This document shows, piece by piece, positions 21,313 to 32,028 of a DNA stretch of 64,000 nt. The stretch covers positions 7,096 to 71,095 of the forward strand of contig LZRT01000072.1 of the NCBI GenBank assembly GCA_002159075.1, written 5' to 3'. The position numbers were made by a program, and so were the translations under genes. Source of the stretch: Bacillus thermozeamaize. Lineage in GTDB: Bacteria > Bacillota > Bacilli > ZCTH02-B2. Every line of letters begins with the position of its first letter. Position 1 is the first letter of the stretch. A model generated the notes under the pieces. It made no database searches. It was not told the origin of the DNA and saw nothing but the letters and a program-made list of their open reading frames with translations.

Positions 21313-21357
21313 TCAACATGCCTGCCTGACAGGCCGGCGGGGGAATGGGGGAGGAAA

Positions 21358-21828
21358 ATGTTAAACCGCATCATCTTGATCGGGCGCTTGACGAGGGATC
21401 CGGAACTGCGCTATACGGCCAATGGCGTGGCAAGGACCACGTTTACCCTGGCTGTGGATCGTCCCTATACCAATCAGCAGGGCCAGCGGGAAGCCGATTT
21501 TATCAATATTGTGACCTGGCGGCAATTGGCCGAGCTGTGTGCCAATTACCTGCGCAAAGGACGGCTTGCTGCGGTGGAAGGGCGGCTGGAGATCCGCACT
21601 TTTGAAAATAACGAGGGCCAGAGGATTCGTGTGACGGAAGTGGTGGCGGATAACGTACGTTTTCTGGAATCCAGAAGTCAAAGTGCCTCTGGCGGTTCCT
21701 TCGGCGAGACTCCTCCATCCACCGGGTTTGGCGGCCCGCAACCATTTGGCGGCATGGATGACGATGCGGATCCGTTTGCCAATGAGGGAACGCCGATCGA
21801 TATCTCGGAAGACGATTTGCCGTTTTAG
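21358..21828 (+). CDS. ssb: Single-stranded DNA-binding protein
   Basis: MLNRIILIGRLTRDPELRYT and C-terminal DDLPF. Confidence 0.98.
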   Translation: MLNRIILIGRLTRDPELRYTANGVARTTFTLAVDRPYTNQQGQREADFINIVTWRQLAELCANYLRKGRLAAVEGRLEIRTFENNEGQRIRVTEVVADNVRFLESRSQSASGGSFGETPPSTGFGGPQPFGGMDDDADPFANEGTPIDISEDDLPF

Positions 21829-21891
21829 GTTTCAGGATAAATCAATGGAAGCTGTTCAATGAAGTTGTTCAAAAGAAAGGGGGCAGAGTTC

Positions 21892-22122
21892 ATGGCGCGC
21901 AGAGGACGCGGGAACCGGCGGAAAAAGGTTTGTTATTTTACCGTCAATAAGATTGAGAAAATCGACTACAAAGACGTCGAACTCCTGAAGCGGTTTATCA
22001 GCGAGCGCGGAAAAATCCTTCCCCGCCGTGTCACAGGGACCTCTTCCAAGTACCAGCGGAAGCTGACACGGGCCATCAAGCGGGCACGTCAGATGGCCTT
22101 GTTGCCGTACACAAACGAATAA
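21892..22122 (+). CDS. rpsR: 30S ribosomal protein S18
   Basis: [26 protein letters not shown]. Confidence 0.98.
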   Translation: MARRGRGNRRKKVCYFTVNKIEKIDYKDVELLKRFISERGKILPRRVTGTSSKYQRKLTRAIKRARQMALLPYTNE

Positions 22123-22131
22123 ACGGTCGCC

Positions 22132-22158
22132 AAGGGGACTTCGGTCCCCTTTTCTTTT
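22132..22158 (+). terminator. Terminator after rpsR
   Basis: AAGGGGAC-TTCG-GTCCCCTT followed by TTCTTTT. Confidence 0.85.
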
Positions 22159-22229
22159 GCCGCATCGTTGCAGGAATTGGACGATACCTGTGGAAATACA
22201 TAGTACAATGTGTGGCAAGGGGGAAGGCC

Positions 22230-22547
22230 ATGCCGGAAAAACAGGTCTTTATCGCCAAACAACTCAAAGTGGTGGACGGGTTAAAGACGGAGATGGCGGA
22301 GGCGCTGGCATCCCTGTTTCGTGGTTTGCATGAGGCGGATGACGAGGCGATTGTGGAAAACATGGCAGCCATGGTACTGCTCCATTATGCCCTGGCGAGG
22401 CGCTTGGGGATCCCGTTTTACCGGCTGGAAGAAAAGATGTTGGAACAGATCCGCCGGCAAAAGCAGCTTGGGCATCCGCTGGAAGAGTGGTATCAGGATT
22501 GGAGCGTCCTGGAGGAGTACTTGGCCGCCGGAAGGATTGGGGAATAA
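22230..22547 (+). CDS. MazG-like family small protein
   Basis: IAKQLKVVDGLK...LARRLGI...HPLEEWYQD; conserved position between rpsR and yybS. Confidence 0.7.
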   Translation: MPEKQVFIAKQLKVVDGLKTEMAEALASLFRGLHEADDEAIVENMAAMVLLHYALARRLGIPFYRLEEKMLEQIRRQKQLGHPLEEWYQDWSVLEEYLAAGRIGE

Positions 22548-22562
22548 GTGGGGTGAAGGCTT

Positions 22563-23504
22563 GTGCGCATGGACACCAGAAGATTGACAGAAGGGGCAAT
22601 GGTCAGCGGGATTTATGCCGTCCTCCTTTTGTTGTCCTATTTTACGCCTTTGGGCGTGGTGAGCACGTTGGTGCTGCCCGTTCCGTTTCTCGTCTACGCG
22701 GCACGGCACCGGGCGGGGGACTTGGTGGCGGTGGTCACCGTCTGCACGCTGCTGACCGTGATCCTGGTCGGGCTGCCGTCGGTGTTTCTGCCGCTCTGGT
22801 CGGGGCTTACAGGCGGGGTGATGGGCACGGTCTACCGGCTGCGCCGTGAGGCATACCTTGCTTTTTCAGCCGGGATGGTTGCCACGTTGGTTTCGTTTTT
22901 GTGCATGCTGGTAATTATGAATTTGTTTTTTTCCGTCAATATGCTGCAGGATCTGCGTCAGGCCATGGAGGAATCCCTGCGCATGACCCAGTCCTGGCTG
23001 GAAAGCATGGGACTTGACGTGCCAGAGAATCCGCAGTTGGCACAGTTGCCGGACATGCTCGTCCGGATGTTTCCTTTTCTGCTTTTCTTTTCGTCAGCAA
23101 CCGTCAGCCTGCTGACGCACTGGATCGGGGGAACCGTTTTGCGGCGCCTGGGCACTTCCGCGCCGCGTCTGCCCGCATTCCATACCTGGCGCTTTCCCCG
23201 TCTGTTGCTCTTTCTCTATTTGCCCGTCCTGTTATATATGTTGATCCCTCCATCCTCCCGCGTGGCGGCGTTGGAACCGGTGCTCATCAACCTGCAGGCG
23301 GCTTTTGAAGTGTTGTTTATCATTCAGGGGCTCTCTTTTGTCTTTTTTCTGGCAAAAGCGCGCAACCTGCATAAGTCCGTTCCCGTCCTGGCGGTGGTTG
23401 GCCTGATTCTCCCACCTTTTTCCTTGTTATTTTCCCTGGTGTTGAGTATTCTGGGGATTGTGGATGTGGGTTTTCCGTTGCGCGAGCGGATTTCGTCCCT
23501 TTGA
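22563..23504 (+). CDS. yybS: YybS (DUF2232) membrane protein
   Basis: LTEGAM, IQGLS and LGIVDVGFPLR; upstream of gdpP. Confidence 0.88.
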   Translation: MRMDTRRLTEGAMVSGIYAVLLLLSYFTPLGVVSTLVLPVPFLVYAARHRAGDLVAVVTVCTLLTVILVGLPSVFLPLWSGLTGGVMGTVYRLRREAYLAFSAGMVATLVSFLCMLVIMNLFFSVNMLQDLRQAMEESLRMTQSWLESMGLDVPENPQLAQLPDMLVRMFPFLLFFSSATVSLLTHWIGGTVLRRLGTSAPRLPAFHTWRFPRLLLFLYLPVLLYMLIPPSSRVAALEPVLINLQAAFEVLFIIQGLSFVFFLAKARNLHKSVPVLAVVGLILPPFSLLFSLVLSILGIVDVGFPLRERISSL

Positions 23505-23540
23505 GCGGTGTCATCCCTTGAATTTAAAGGAGGTCAAAGG

Positions 23541-25514
23541 GTGCCTGAGTTTATTCATCGGCGCTGGCATGGATTGCATATGATCCTGGCCTTTGTGCTC
23601 CTGGCCATCTTGACCATCCTCTTGTTTTTGTATCATTGGCTGTATCTCTGGGTGGGGGGAATGGCCATTCTCGGATTGGCCATCTACGCCTGGTACGCGG
23701 AAAAATCGTTTCGCGAAGACTTCATCGGCTATGTCGCCACCTTGACCTACCGGATTCGCCGCGCTGGTGACAAGGTGGTCCAGCGCACGCCGGTCGGGAT
23801 GATCCTTTTCAACGAGGAAGGGGTTGTGGAGTGGCACAATCCTTTCATCAGTGAGCTCCTGCAGATTCCCAATTTCGTCAGCGTGCCGCTGCTTGAGGTG
23901 TTGCCGGTGCTGGCGGGGAAGCTTGGGGAAGACGGACGGCACCAGATCACCTGGCGCAAACAGGTGCTGGACGTGCAGGTATACGCGGAGGAACGGCTCC
24001 TTTTCGTCAGTGATGTCACGGAATTTGCCCGGCTCAAGGAGCGGTACCAGCAGGAACAGGTGGCGATCGGCATCGTCCAGATCGACAACCTGGAAGAAGT
24101 TTCCCAGGGGATGGATGAGAAAAACCACACCTTGCTGCTGGCCGAGGTGACGCGGACGATTACCGACTGGGCGGCGGAATATTCCATGTTCATCCGGCGC
24201 CTGACCAACGACAAGTTTCTCGTCGTCACGGATCTGGAGCACCTGCAAAAGCTGCAGGAAGATCGGTTTCAGATTATCGATCGGGTACGGGAGATGACGC
24301 AGAATCAACCGATTCCCTTTACGCTGAGCATCGGTTTCGGGGCGGGAGGCAGGTCCGCCCCGGAAGTGGGCCAGATGGCTTCTTCCAGCTTGGAGATTGC
24401 CCTTGGCCGCGGCGGCGATCAGGCGGCGGTGCGGATCGGTGAGAAACTGACCTTTTACGGCGGAAAGTCCAGCGCGGTGGAGAAGCGAACGCGCGTCCGC
24501 GCCCGTGTCATCTCGCATGCGATGCGGAACCTCATTCTGGAAAGCGATTTGGTCCTCATCATGGGCCACAAGTTTCCCGATCTGGATGCCCTTGGCGCAG
24601 CCATCGGGGTGCTAAAGGCGGTGCTGTTGAACGACAAGCGGGGGTATATCGTCCTGGATGAGCCCAATCCGGCGATCGACAAGTTGCTCCACTGGATCAA
24701 GGAGGATGAGAGCCTCTCCCAGGCACTGATCACCCCGGATGAAGCTTTTTACCTCTGCACACCGCGCACCCTGCTGGTGATGGTGGACAATCACCGGCCT
24801 GCCATGGCGATTGATTCCCGCCTCCTGCAGCAGACGCGGCGGGTGATGGTGATTGACCATCACCGGCGCAGCGATGACATGGTCGAGGATCCGCTGCTGT
24901 TGTACATTGAGCCGTATGCCTCATCCACCTGCGAACTGGTCACCGAACTGCTCCAGTACCAGGCGGGCGACGCCCGTCTGAGCCGCCTGGAGGCCACCGC
25001 CCTGCTGGCAGGGATCGTCGTGGATACGAAAAACTTTCACTTCCGGACCGGCGTGCGCACCTTCGAGGCTGCTTCCTTCCTGCGGCGCCACGGCGCGGAG
25101 CCGGAAATCTGCCAGCGCCTGCTGAAAGAGGATTTGGGCCAATTCCTGCGGCGCATGGAGCTGCTGCAGAAGACCGAGCTCCTGCACGGCGGAATGGCCC
25201 TGGCCACCGGCCAGGAAGAGAAGACGTACGAACAGCTTTTGATTGCCCAGGCGGCCGACAGCCTGCTGACCTTGGAAGGCGTGAAAGCCTCCTTTGTGAT
25301 TGCCAGGCGGCCGGATGGCCTGATCAACATCAGCGCCCGTTCCTGGGGCGAGGTGAACGTACAGGTGATCATGGAGCGGATGGGCGGCGGCGGTCACTTG
25401 ACCAATGCGGCGGCACAGGTGTCCGAAGGAAGTATCCAGTCCGTCAGCCAAAAGCTGCGGCAGGTGCTGGAGGAATTTCAGCTGGAACAAGCAGTGAAAG
25501 GGGATGATGGGTGA
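23541..25514 (+). CDS. gdpP: c-di-AMP phosphodiesterase GdpP (TM-PAS-GGDEF-DHH/DHHA1)
   Basis: [34 protein letters not shown] and GGGGH. Confidence 0.95.
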   Translation: MPEFIHRRWHGLHMILAFVLLAILTILLFLYHWLYLWVGGMAILGLAIYAWYAEKSFREDFIGYVATLTYRIRRAGDKVVQRTPVGMILFNEEGVVEWHNPFISELLQIPNFVSVPLLEVLPVLAGKLGEDGRHQITWRKQVLDVQVYAEERLLFVSDVTEFARLKERYQQEQVAIGIVQIDNLEEVSQGMDEKNHTLLLAEVTRTITDWAAEYSMFIRRLTNDKFLVVTDLEHLQKLQEDRFQIIDRVREMTQNQPIPFTLSIGFGAGGRSAPEVGQMASSSLEIALGRGGDQAAVRIGEKLTFYGGKSSAVEKRTRVRARVISHAMRNLILESDLVLIMGHKFPDLDALGAAIGVLKAVLLNDKRGYIVLDEPNPAIDKLLHWIKEDESLSQALITPDEAFYLCTPRTLLVMVDNHRPAMAIDSRLLQQTRRVMVIDHHRRSDDMVEDPLLLYIEPYASSTCELVTELLQYQAGDARLSRLEATALLAGIVVDTKNFHFRTGVRTFEAASFLRRHGAEPEICQRLLKEDLGQFLRRMELLQKTELLHGGMALATGQEEKTYEQLLIAQAADSLLTLEGVKASFVIARRPDGLINISARSWGEVNVQVIMERMGGGGHLTNAAAQVSEGSIQSVSQKLRQVLEEFQLEQAVKGDDG

Positions 25515-25957
25515 TGAAAGTGATTTTTAAGGCGGATGTCAAGGGACAGGGAAAAAAGGGAGAGGTGAAAGAGGTCTCTGACGGTTACGCGCGCAACTAC
25601 CTGATTCCCCGCGGGTTGGCCGTGGAAGCCACCGAGGGCAACCTGAAGCAACTGGCCTCGCAAAAAGAAAAAGAGGCCGAGCGCAAGGCGCAGCAGAAGG
25701 CGGCTGCGCAAGAAGTGGCCGCGAAGTTGAACGAGATGGTGCTGACGATCAAGGCCAAGGCGGGAGAAGGCGGGCGGCTTTTCGGCGCCGTCACGGCCAA
25801 GCGGCTGGCGGAAGAGCTGGCCTCGCAGGGCGTGAAGGTGGACCGGAAAACGATCCAGCTTCCTGAACCGATTCGGGAACTGGGAACCACACAAGTGGAA
25901 ATCCGCCTGTTTCCCGGTGTCCAGGCCATGCTGTGCGTCCAGGTGGTCAAGGAGTAA
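25514..25957 (+). CDS. rplI: 50S ribosomal protein L9
   Basis: MKVIF...[24 protein letters not shown]. Confidence 0.97.
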   Translation: MKVIFKADVKGQGKKGEVKEVSDGYARNYLIPRGLAVEATEGNLKQLASQKEKEAERKAQQKAAAQEVAAKLNEMVLTIKAKAGEGGRLFGAVTAKRLAEELASQGVKVDRKTIQLPEPIRELGTTQVEIRLFPGVQAMLCVQVVKE

Positions 25958-25962
25958 ACGGC

Positions 25963-27309
25963 ATGAGCGACGTGTTTCTGGATCGCATGCCGCCGCAGAA
26001 CATCGAGGCGGAACAGTCGGTGCTCGGCGCCATCCTGATTGATCCGGATGCGCTTTTTGCGGTGATGGAAACATTGCGCCCGGAGGATTTTTACCGGCCA
26101 GCCCACCAGAAGATCTTCCAGGCCATGTGCCGCCTGCTGGAGGAAGGCGAACCCGTGGATCTGGTGACCGTCACCGCCGCCTTGCAGGACAAAGGGGAAC
26201 TGGAGGAGGTGGGCGGCATCTCGTACCTCAGCGAACTGGCCACCTCCGTCCCCACCGCTGCCAACGTTCACAGTTACGCGCAGATTGTCGAGGAAAAGGC
26301 GATGTTGCGGCGCCTGATCGCCGCCGCTACCCAGATCGCCAGCGCCGGTTATTCCGGCGGGGAGGATGCCCGCGTCATCCTGGATGAAGCGGAACGGCGC
26401 ATCCTGGAAATTTCGCAGCGCCGCCATGCGGCAGGCTTCCTCAACATCAAGGATGTGATCATGCAGGCGTATGAACGCATCGAAATGCTCTATACCAACA
26501 AGGGAGGCGTGACCGGGCTGCCCACCGGCTACCCGGACCTGGACCGGATGACTTCCGGTTTTCAGAAGTCGGACCTGATCATTGTCGCCGCCCGTCCCAG
26601 TGTCGGGAAAACCGCTTTCGCTTTGAACGTGGCGCAGAATGTGGCCATTCAGGCCCAGGTACCGGTCGCCATCTTCAGTCTCGAGATGCCGGCCATTCAG
26701 TTGGTACAGCGGATGCTCAGCGCGGAAGGGAACATCGATTCCCACCGGTTGCGCACCGGCTACCTGGAACCGGCCGACTGGGAAAAGCTCACCCTGGCGA
26801 TGACCAACCTGGCGGAAGCGCCCATTTTCATTGACGATACCCCGCACCTGACTGTTTTCGACATCCGCGCCAAATGCCGGCGCCTGAAGGCGGAACAGGG
26901 ACTCGGCCTGGTCGTCATTGACTACCTGCAACTGATCAGCGGCCGCGGGGGGGATAACCGGCAGCAGGAGATTTCGGACATCTCGCGCAGCCTCAAAGGC
27001 ATCGCCCGCGAGCTGGAGGTGCCGGTGATCGCCCTTTCGCAGCTCAGCCGGGCCGTCGAGCAGCGCCAGGACAAACGGCCCATGCTCTCGGATATCCGCG
27101 AATCGGGCAGCATTGAGCAGGATGCCGATGTGGTGGCCTTCCTCTACCGGGACGATTACTACAACCCCGAAACGGACCGGCCCAATATCGTGGAAATCTT
27201 GATCGCCAAGCAACGCAACGGGCCCACCGGCAAGGTGGAGCTGTTGTACCTGAAAAATTTCAACAAATTTGTCAGTCTGGAGCGCAACGCGGAACCGGTC
27301 GGCGCCTGA
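25963..27309 (+). CDS. dnaB: Replicative DNA helicase (DnaB family; DnaC in B. subtilis)
   Basis: PPQNIEAEQSVLG, AARPSVGKT, IDYLQL, RESGSIEQDAD and KQRNGPTG. Confidence 0.97.
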   Translation: MSDVFLDRMPPQNIEAEQSVLGAILIDPDALFAVMETLRPEDFYRPAHQKIFQAMCRLLEEGEPVDLVTVTAALQDKGELEEVGGISYLSELATSVPTAANVHSYAQIVEEKAMLRRLIAAATQIASAGYSGGEDARVILDEAERRILEISQRRHAAGFLNIKDVIMQAYERIEMLYTNKGGVTGLPTGYPDLDRMTSGFQKSDLIIVAARPSVGKTAFALNVAQNVAIQAQVPVAIFSLEMPAIQLVQRMLSAEGNIDSHRLRTGYLEPADWEKLTLAMTNLAEAPIFIDDTPHLTVFDIRAKCRRLKAEQGLGLVVIDYLQLISGRGGDNRQQEISDISRSLKGIARELEVPVIALSQLSRAVEQRQDKRPMLSDIRESGSIEQDADVVAFLYRDDYYNPETDRPNIVEILIAKQRNGPTGKVELLYLKNFNKFVSLERNAEPVGA

Positions 27310-27325
27310 GAATACGTTGGTGCGC

Positions 27326-27372
27326 AAATACCGAACGGTATTGGACGAGCATGTCCAGAACGTTCGGTATTT
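27326..27372. promoter_or_regulatory. Inverted PurBox pair (PurR operator) upstream of purA
   Basis: AAATACCGAACG (27326-27337) and CGTTCGGTATTT (27361-27372) have CGAA cores and form a perfect 12-bp inverted pair. Confidence 0.8.
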
Positions 27373-27435
27373 TGCTTGTGCGCCCATTTCCGTTGTGCTA
27401 CACTGAAGGGGTAATAACCACACAGGGGGTAAAAC

Positions 27436-28722
27436 ATGGCTACCGTTGTCGTCGTAGGGACCCAGTGGGGAGACGAGGGAAAAGGAAAAATCACCGACTA
27501 CCTGGCTGAAAAAGCGGAAGTGGTGGCGCGTTACCAGGGCGGAGACAACGCCGGGCACACCATTTCCTTAAACGGGAAAACCTATAAACTGCACCTGATT
27601 CCGTCCGGCATCTTTTATCCAGACAAACTTTGCGTCATCGGGAACGGGATGGTGGTCAATCCGGCCACATTGGTCCAGGAGATCGCATACATCCATGAAC
27701 AGGGGTTTTCGACGTCCAACCTCAAAATCAGCAACCGCGCCCACCTGATCATGCCCTATCACTTGCGGCTGGATCAGCTCCAGGAAAAGCAAAAGGGCAG
27801 CCAGAAGATCGGCACCACCGGCCGGGGCATCGGCCCTGCCTACATGGACAAGGCGGCCCGTGTCGGCATCCGGGTGGCCGATTTGCTGGAACCGGAGGAA
27901 TTCCGGGCCAAGCTGGAGCGAAACCTGAAGGAAAAAAATCACCTGCTGGAACGGGTCTACGAGAGCGAAGGATTCGACTTTGACGAAATATACCATGCCT
28001 ACATGCATTATGCGGAGATCATTGCCCCCTATGTCACAGACACCTCGGTGGTCCTCAACGAGGCGATTGACGCGGGGCGCCGTGTCCTTTTTGAAGGGGC
28101 GCAAGGGGTGATGCTGGACATTGACCAGGGCACCTATCCTTTTGTCACCTCTTCCAATCCGGTGGCCGGGGGTGTGACCATCGGCTCCGGCGTCGGGCCG
28201 ACCAAGATTCACCACGTCATCGGCGTGGCCAAGGCATACACCAGCCGCGTCGGCGACGGTCCCTTTCCGACCGAGCTGCATGACGAAATCGGCGAACGAA
28301 TCCGCGAAGTCGGACGGGAATACGGCACCACCACGGGCCGGCCGCGCAGGGTGGGATGGTTTGACAGCGTCATCGTCCGCCACGCCCGCCGGGTCAGCGG
28401 GATTACCGGCCTGGCGCTGAACTCCATTGACGTGTTGACCGGCATCCCCACGCTCAAGGTCTGCGTCGCCTACCGCTATCGCGGCAAGCAGCTGGAACAT
28501 TTCCCGGCCAGTCTCAACGTGCTCCGCGAATGTGAGCCGATCTACGAAGAGTTGCCTGGCTGGACCGAGGACATCAGCGGTGTCCGCTCGCTGGATGAGC
28601 TGCCGCTCAACGCCCGCCACTACGTGGAGCGGATCACCCAGTTGACCGGCATCCCGCTGGTTACATTTTCCGTGGGCCCCGGCCGCGAGCAGACATGCCT
28701 GGTGCGGGGCGTCTACGCCTGA
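27436..28722 (+). CDS. purA: Adenylosuccinate synthetase
   Basis: [23 protein letters not shown] and [14 protein letters not shown]. Confidence 0.98.
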   Translation: MATVVVVGTQWGDEGKGKITDYLAEKAEVVARYQGGDNAGHTISLNGKTYKLHLIPSGIFYPDKLCVIGNGMVVNPATLVQEIAYIHEQGFSTSNLKISNRAHLIMPYHLRLDQLQEKQKGSQKIGTTGRGIGPAYMDKAARVGIRVADLLEPEEFRAKLERNLKEKNHLLERVYESEGFDFDEIYHAYMHYAEIIAPYVTDTSVVLNEAIDAGRRVLFEGAQGVMLDIDQGTYPFVTSSNPVAGGVTIGSGVGPTKIHHVIGVAKAYTSRVGDGPFPTELHDEIGERIREVGREYGTTTGRPRRVGWFDSVIVRHARRVSGITGLALNSIDVLTGIPTLKVCVAYRYRGKQLEHFPASLNVLRECEPIYEELPGWTEDISGVRSLDELPLNARHYVERITQLTGIPLVTFSVGPGREQTCLVRGVYA

Positions 28723-28723
28723 A

Positions 28724-28764
28724 TGATCTGATGGCATCACCTGATGGAATGACCTGATGGAATC
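28724..28764. repeat. 13-bp-period tandem repeat (about 3 copies) after purA
   Basis: TGATCTGATGGCA / TCACCTGATGGAA / TGACCTGATGGAA. Confidence 0.7.
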
Positions 28765-28848
28765 AATTCCCTGAAGACAAGCGATTGATCCTCATTTCCG
28801 GATGTGGTAAGCTGTGGCCATTCATGGGGAAATCTTGAGGAGGATGGG

Positions 28849-30300
28849 ATGAGACCGGAGGAGAAACGGGAGCAGGTAGAGGAGCGGTTGCCAGACATCA
28901 AGCGTTTTCTTGAACAATACAAAAAGCAGTTTCTGATCGGTTTGGGAACGGTAACCATGGCCGGCGCCGTCACCTTTGGCGGGTACCAGTACATCCAGGC
29001 GCAAAGCGTCCCGCTGTATCCGGTGCTGGTGGGGGACGAGGTGATCGGCACGGTGAGCGATCCGGACGTCGTCCAGAACTGGCTCCAAAAGCAGTATGCG
29101 GCTGCGAGGGAGGAGGCCGGGAGAGCGGATCTCGCCCTGACACAGGCCGTCACCGTTTCGGAGCCGAAGTGGGTATACAAGGGGCAGAGCCAGGATGCCG
29201 AGGTTCTGAAGGTGCTGAAACAGAAGGTGGCTGTCCAGGCTAAAGGGGTGCAACTGGTCATCGACGGGCGGCCAGTGGCTGTCGTGACTGACCAGGAAAG
29301 CCTCGATCGGTTGCTCGGCGCATACCGGCAGCGCTATTCCGGCGAGCTGGCGCGGACGCCGCACACGGATCGCAGTGCCCGCGGCAACAGCAGGACCGTG
29401 GTGAAAGAAGTGGCGTTTGTCCAATCGGTTGCCACCAGGGAGGTAGCGGTTGACCCGGACGAGGTGATGGAGCCGCAGCAGGTCGCCCGGTTGCTTGAGG
29501 CCGGCACGCTGGCGGGGCGGAAACATACCGTCCGGGAAGGGGAGTCTTTGTGGACCATCGCTTCCCGCTACGACACCACCGTCCAGCAGTTGCTGGAGAA
29601 CAATCCCGGCTTGGATGAGAACTCCCGGCTGCAGCCAGGACAGGAACTGGTGGTCACGGCCAAGGTGCCGCTCCTGTCAGTGCGTATTGTGGAAGAGACG
29701 AAGGAGATCCAGACGGTTCCCTTTGCCACAGAGGTTGTGGAAGAGCCGGCCATGCTGAAAGGTGAGCAGAAAGTACTCCGCGAGGGCAAGCATGGAACGA
29801 AGCAGGTTACATACGAAGTGACGAAGATCAACGGCCAGATCCAAACCAAGCGTCCGATCAAGGAGCAGATCATGGAAGAGCCCCAGAATCGGGTGATCGC
29901 CAAGGGAACCAAGGTGGTGGCCGATCGGGGCAGCGGCGTCTTTCGTTGGCCGACGGTCGGCGGTTATATCAGCAGCCGTTACGGCATGCGTGACGGGCGG
30001 TTACACGCCGGCATCGATATCGCCCGTCCTTCCAGCTACAGCATCCTGGCGGCCGACAACGGGCGCGTGGTGTTTGCAGGCTGGGATGGCGGTTACGGCA
30101 AGAGCGTGATCATCGATCACCGCAACGGATACCGCACCCGTTATGCCCACTTGAGCTCTATCAACGTGCGGGTGGGCCAGGTCGTGGAACGGGGCCAGAA
30201 AATTGGCGTCATGGGCTCCACCGGGCACTCCACCGGGACGCACCTGCACTTTGAAGTGCTGAAAAACGGCCGCCCGATCAATCCGTTAGAGATGTTATAA
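28849..30300 (+). CDS. Membrane-anchored LysM-G5-M23 peptidoglycan endopeptidase
   Basis: N-terminal TM, LysM HTVREGESLWTIA, a G5 domain, and M23 motifs HAGID and HLHFEV. Confidence 0.92.
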   Translation: MRPEEKREQVEERLPDIKRFLEQYKKQFLIGLGTVTMAGAVTFGGYQYIQAQSVPLYPVLVGDEVIGTVSDPDVVQNWLQKQYAAAREEAGRADLALTQAVTVSEPKWVYKGQSQDAEVLKVLKQKVAVQAKGVQLVIDGRPVAVVTDQESLDRLLGAYRQRYSGELARTPHTDRSARGNSRTVVKEVAFVQSVATREVAVDPDEVMEPQQVARLLEAGTLAGRKHTVREGESLWTIASRYDTTVQQLLENNPGLDENSRLQPGQELVVTAKVPLLSVRIVEETKEIQTVPFATEVVEEPAMLKGEQKVLREGKHGTKQVTYEVTKINGQIQTKRPIKEQIMEEPQNRVIAKGTKVVADRGSGVFRWPTVGGYISSRYGMRDGRLHAGIDIARPSSYSILAADNGRVVFAGWDGGYGKSVIIDHRNGYRTRYAHLSSINVRVGQVVERGQKIGVMGSTGHSTGTHLHFEVLKNGRPINPLEML

Positions 30301-30322
30301 GATGTTGTAAGAGGATAGAGTC

Positions 30323-30354
30323 AGATGACGGTTTTTAGCCCGTCATCTTTTTTT
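30323..30354 (+). terminator. Terminator after the M23 gene
   Basis: AGATGACGG...CCGTCATCT followed by a T run. Confidence 0.85.
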
Positions 30355-30448
30355 GTCGTCTTTTTTTGCATGAATCTGGTCCTGACCTGCCTGCGAACCG
30401 GTATGGTACAATGGAGACAACCGATTGGAGGGACGGGAGGGAGAGGAG

Positions 30449-31330
30449 ATGCGTGCCGCATTCGGACGCCGGTGGATAGGTGTGGTTTTGGCTTTTTTGA
30501 CGGGGGTGGCCTTGGTGTCCGCCGTGTACAAGCTGCCGCTGGCCCAACCGGCATTCCGCCAGGCCAACCAGCTGATGGAGCAACAATTCCGGTATGCCGG
30601 CTGGGAGAAAGCCGCCTCGGACCACTTTATCCTCTCCTACCTGCCAGAGGATGAGCCGTACGCCGGGCTGGTACTGGCCGAGGCGGAGACGGTCTACCGG
30701 GAATTTGCCAAGCAGTTCCGGTTTGCCCCGCAAAAGCCGGTGCCGCTGGTCCTGTACGCGCACCACGAACAGATGCAAGAACGGTTTGGCTGGCCCGCTT
30801 CGGAAAAAGCGAGCGGGGTTTATTACGGCGGTGTCATCTACCTGTTGTCCCCGCGGGTCTTGCTTCCTGATACCGGAGCCGCTTCCCCGGGTGGGCGGGA
30901 GCTGGCCGAATGGTACCACCATGAGGGGCCGCTGGTCCATGAATACACCCATCTGTACCTGGACATGCTGGCCAACAACAATTTTCCCCGCTGGTACACG
31001 GAGGGATTGGCGCAGCTGGTGGAATATGAGATGATTGGGTATGAATGGGTGAGCCTGGACAACCGGCTGAATCAGCAGCCCCTCTATCCCTTCGACCAGC
31101 TGCACCGTGACTTTGACAAGCTGGAAAATGTGGCGCTGGCCTACCGCCAGTCCTTTAAATGGGTGCAATTCATGAAACAGGTGCACGGTGAGGAGGCGCT
31201 GGTGAGGTTTCATCAACAGCTGGCCCGCCAGATTCCCTTTGAACGGGCCTGGGAAGAGGTGTTTGGCCAATCCCTGGAACGTTCCTATGACATCTGGCTG
31301 AACGAGGTTCGGAAGGGGGGAAGTGCATGA
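30449..31330 (+). CDS. Exported peptidase MA-like (gluzincin) metallopeptidase
   Basis: N-terminal TM/signal, HEYTH and downstream [10 protein letters not shown]; stop overlaps the walR start (ATGA). Confidence 0.8.
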   Translation: MRAAFGRRWIGVVLAFLTGVALVSAVYKLPLAQPAFRQANQLMEQQFRYAGWEKAASDHFILSYLPEDEPYAGLVLAEAETVYREFAKQFRFAPQKPVPLVLYAHHEQMQERFGWPASEKASGVYYGGVIYLLSPRVLLPDTGAASPGGRELAEWYHHEGPLVHEYTHLYLDMLANNNFPRWYTEGLAQLVEYEMIGYEWVSLDNRLNQQPLYPFDQLHRDFDKLENVALAYRQSFKWVQFMKQVHGEEALVRFHQQLARQIPFERAWEEVFGQSLERSYDIWLNEVRKGGSA

Positions 31331-32028
31331 AGCGGATCCTGGTTGTGGATGATGAACAGCCGATTGCCGAGATCCTGAAATACACCTTGGAGCGGGAAGG
31401 ATATCACGTGGATTGCGCCTACGACGGGAAGGAAGCGGTGGAAAAGGCGTTGACCGGCTCTCCCGATCTGGTGCTGCTGGACGTGATGTTGCCGGAATTG
31501 GACGGGTTTGAAGTGTGCCGGCAGATCCGCCACAAGAAGCAAATGCCGATCATCATGCTGACCGCCAAGGACAGCGAGGTGGACAAGGTGCTGGGGCTGG
31601 AGATTGGTGCCGACGACTACGTCACCAAGCCCTTCAGCAACCGGGAGCTGCTGGCCCGCGTCAAGGCCAATCTGCGCCGCTACGAGACGGGAAGCTCCCT
31701 GCATGAGGCCAGGGTGAGGAAGATCGGCGAACTGGAGCTCAACCTTTCTTCCTACACCGTCACCAAGCGTGGAAAACCGCTGGATTTGACGCACCGGGAG
31801 TTTGAGCTGCTGGAGTATATGAGTCAGCGCCCCGGACAGGTGTTGACGCGGGAGCAATTGTTGCAGGATGTATGGGGATACGACTATTTCGGCGACGTTC
31901 GCACGGTCGACGTGACCATTCGCCGCCTGCGTGAAAAGATCGAGGACGATCCCAGCAGCCCCGAGTACATCCTGACGCGCCGGGGCGTCGGCTATTACCT
32001 GCAGGAGCCGGGGAGGCAAAATGCGTGA
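31327..32028 (+). CDS. walR: Response regulator WalR (YycF)
   Basis: [27 protein letters not shown] and [25 protein letters not shown]. Confidence 0.95.
   Translation: MKRILVVDDEQPIAEILKYTLEREGYHVDCAYDGKEAVEKALTGSPDLVLLDVMLPELDGFEVCRQIRHKKQMPIIMLTAKDSEVDKVLGLEIGADDYVTKPFSNRELLARVKANLRRYETGSSLHEARVRKIGELELNLSSYTVTKRGKPLDLTHREFELLEYMSQRPGQVLTREQLLQDVWGYDYFGDVRTVDVTIRRLREKIEDDPSSPEYILTRRGVGYYLQEPGRQNA

Noticed and set aside
25597-27558. 653-aa minus-strand ORF; likewise 17939-19432, 61024-62670, 32115-33359 and 27568-28740
   Set aside because: Antisense shadows of well-supported genes in GC-rich DNA, with no recognisable motifs.
28722-28800. CRISPR-like or tRNA cluster between purA and the wal region
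   Set aside because: Only a 13-bp tandem repeat without spacers; no tRNA T-loop/cloverleaf and no cas genes.
30291-30310. Possible WalR box (TGTTAT...TGTTGT)
   Set aside because: Spacing and second half-site do not fit TGTWAH-N5-TGTWAH, and it lies upstream of the terminator.
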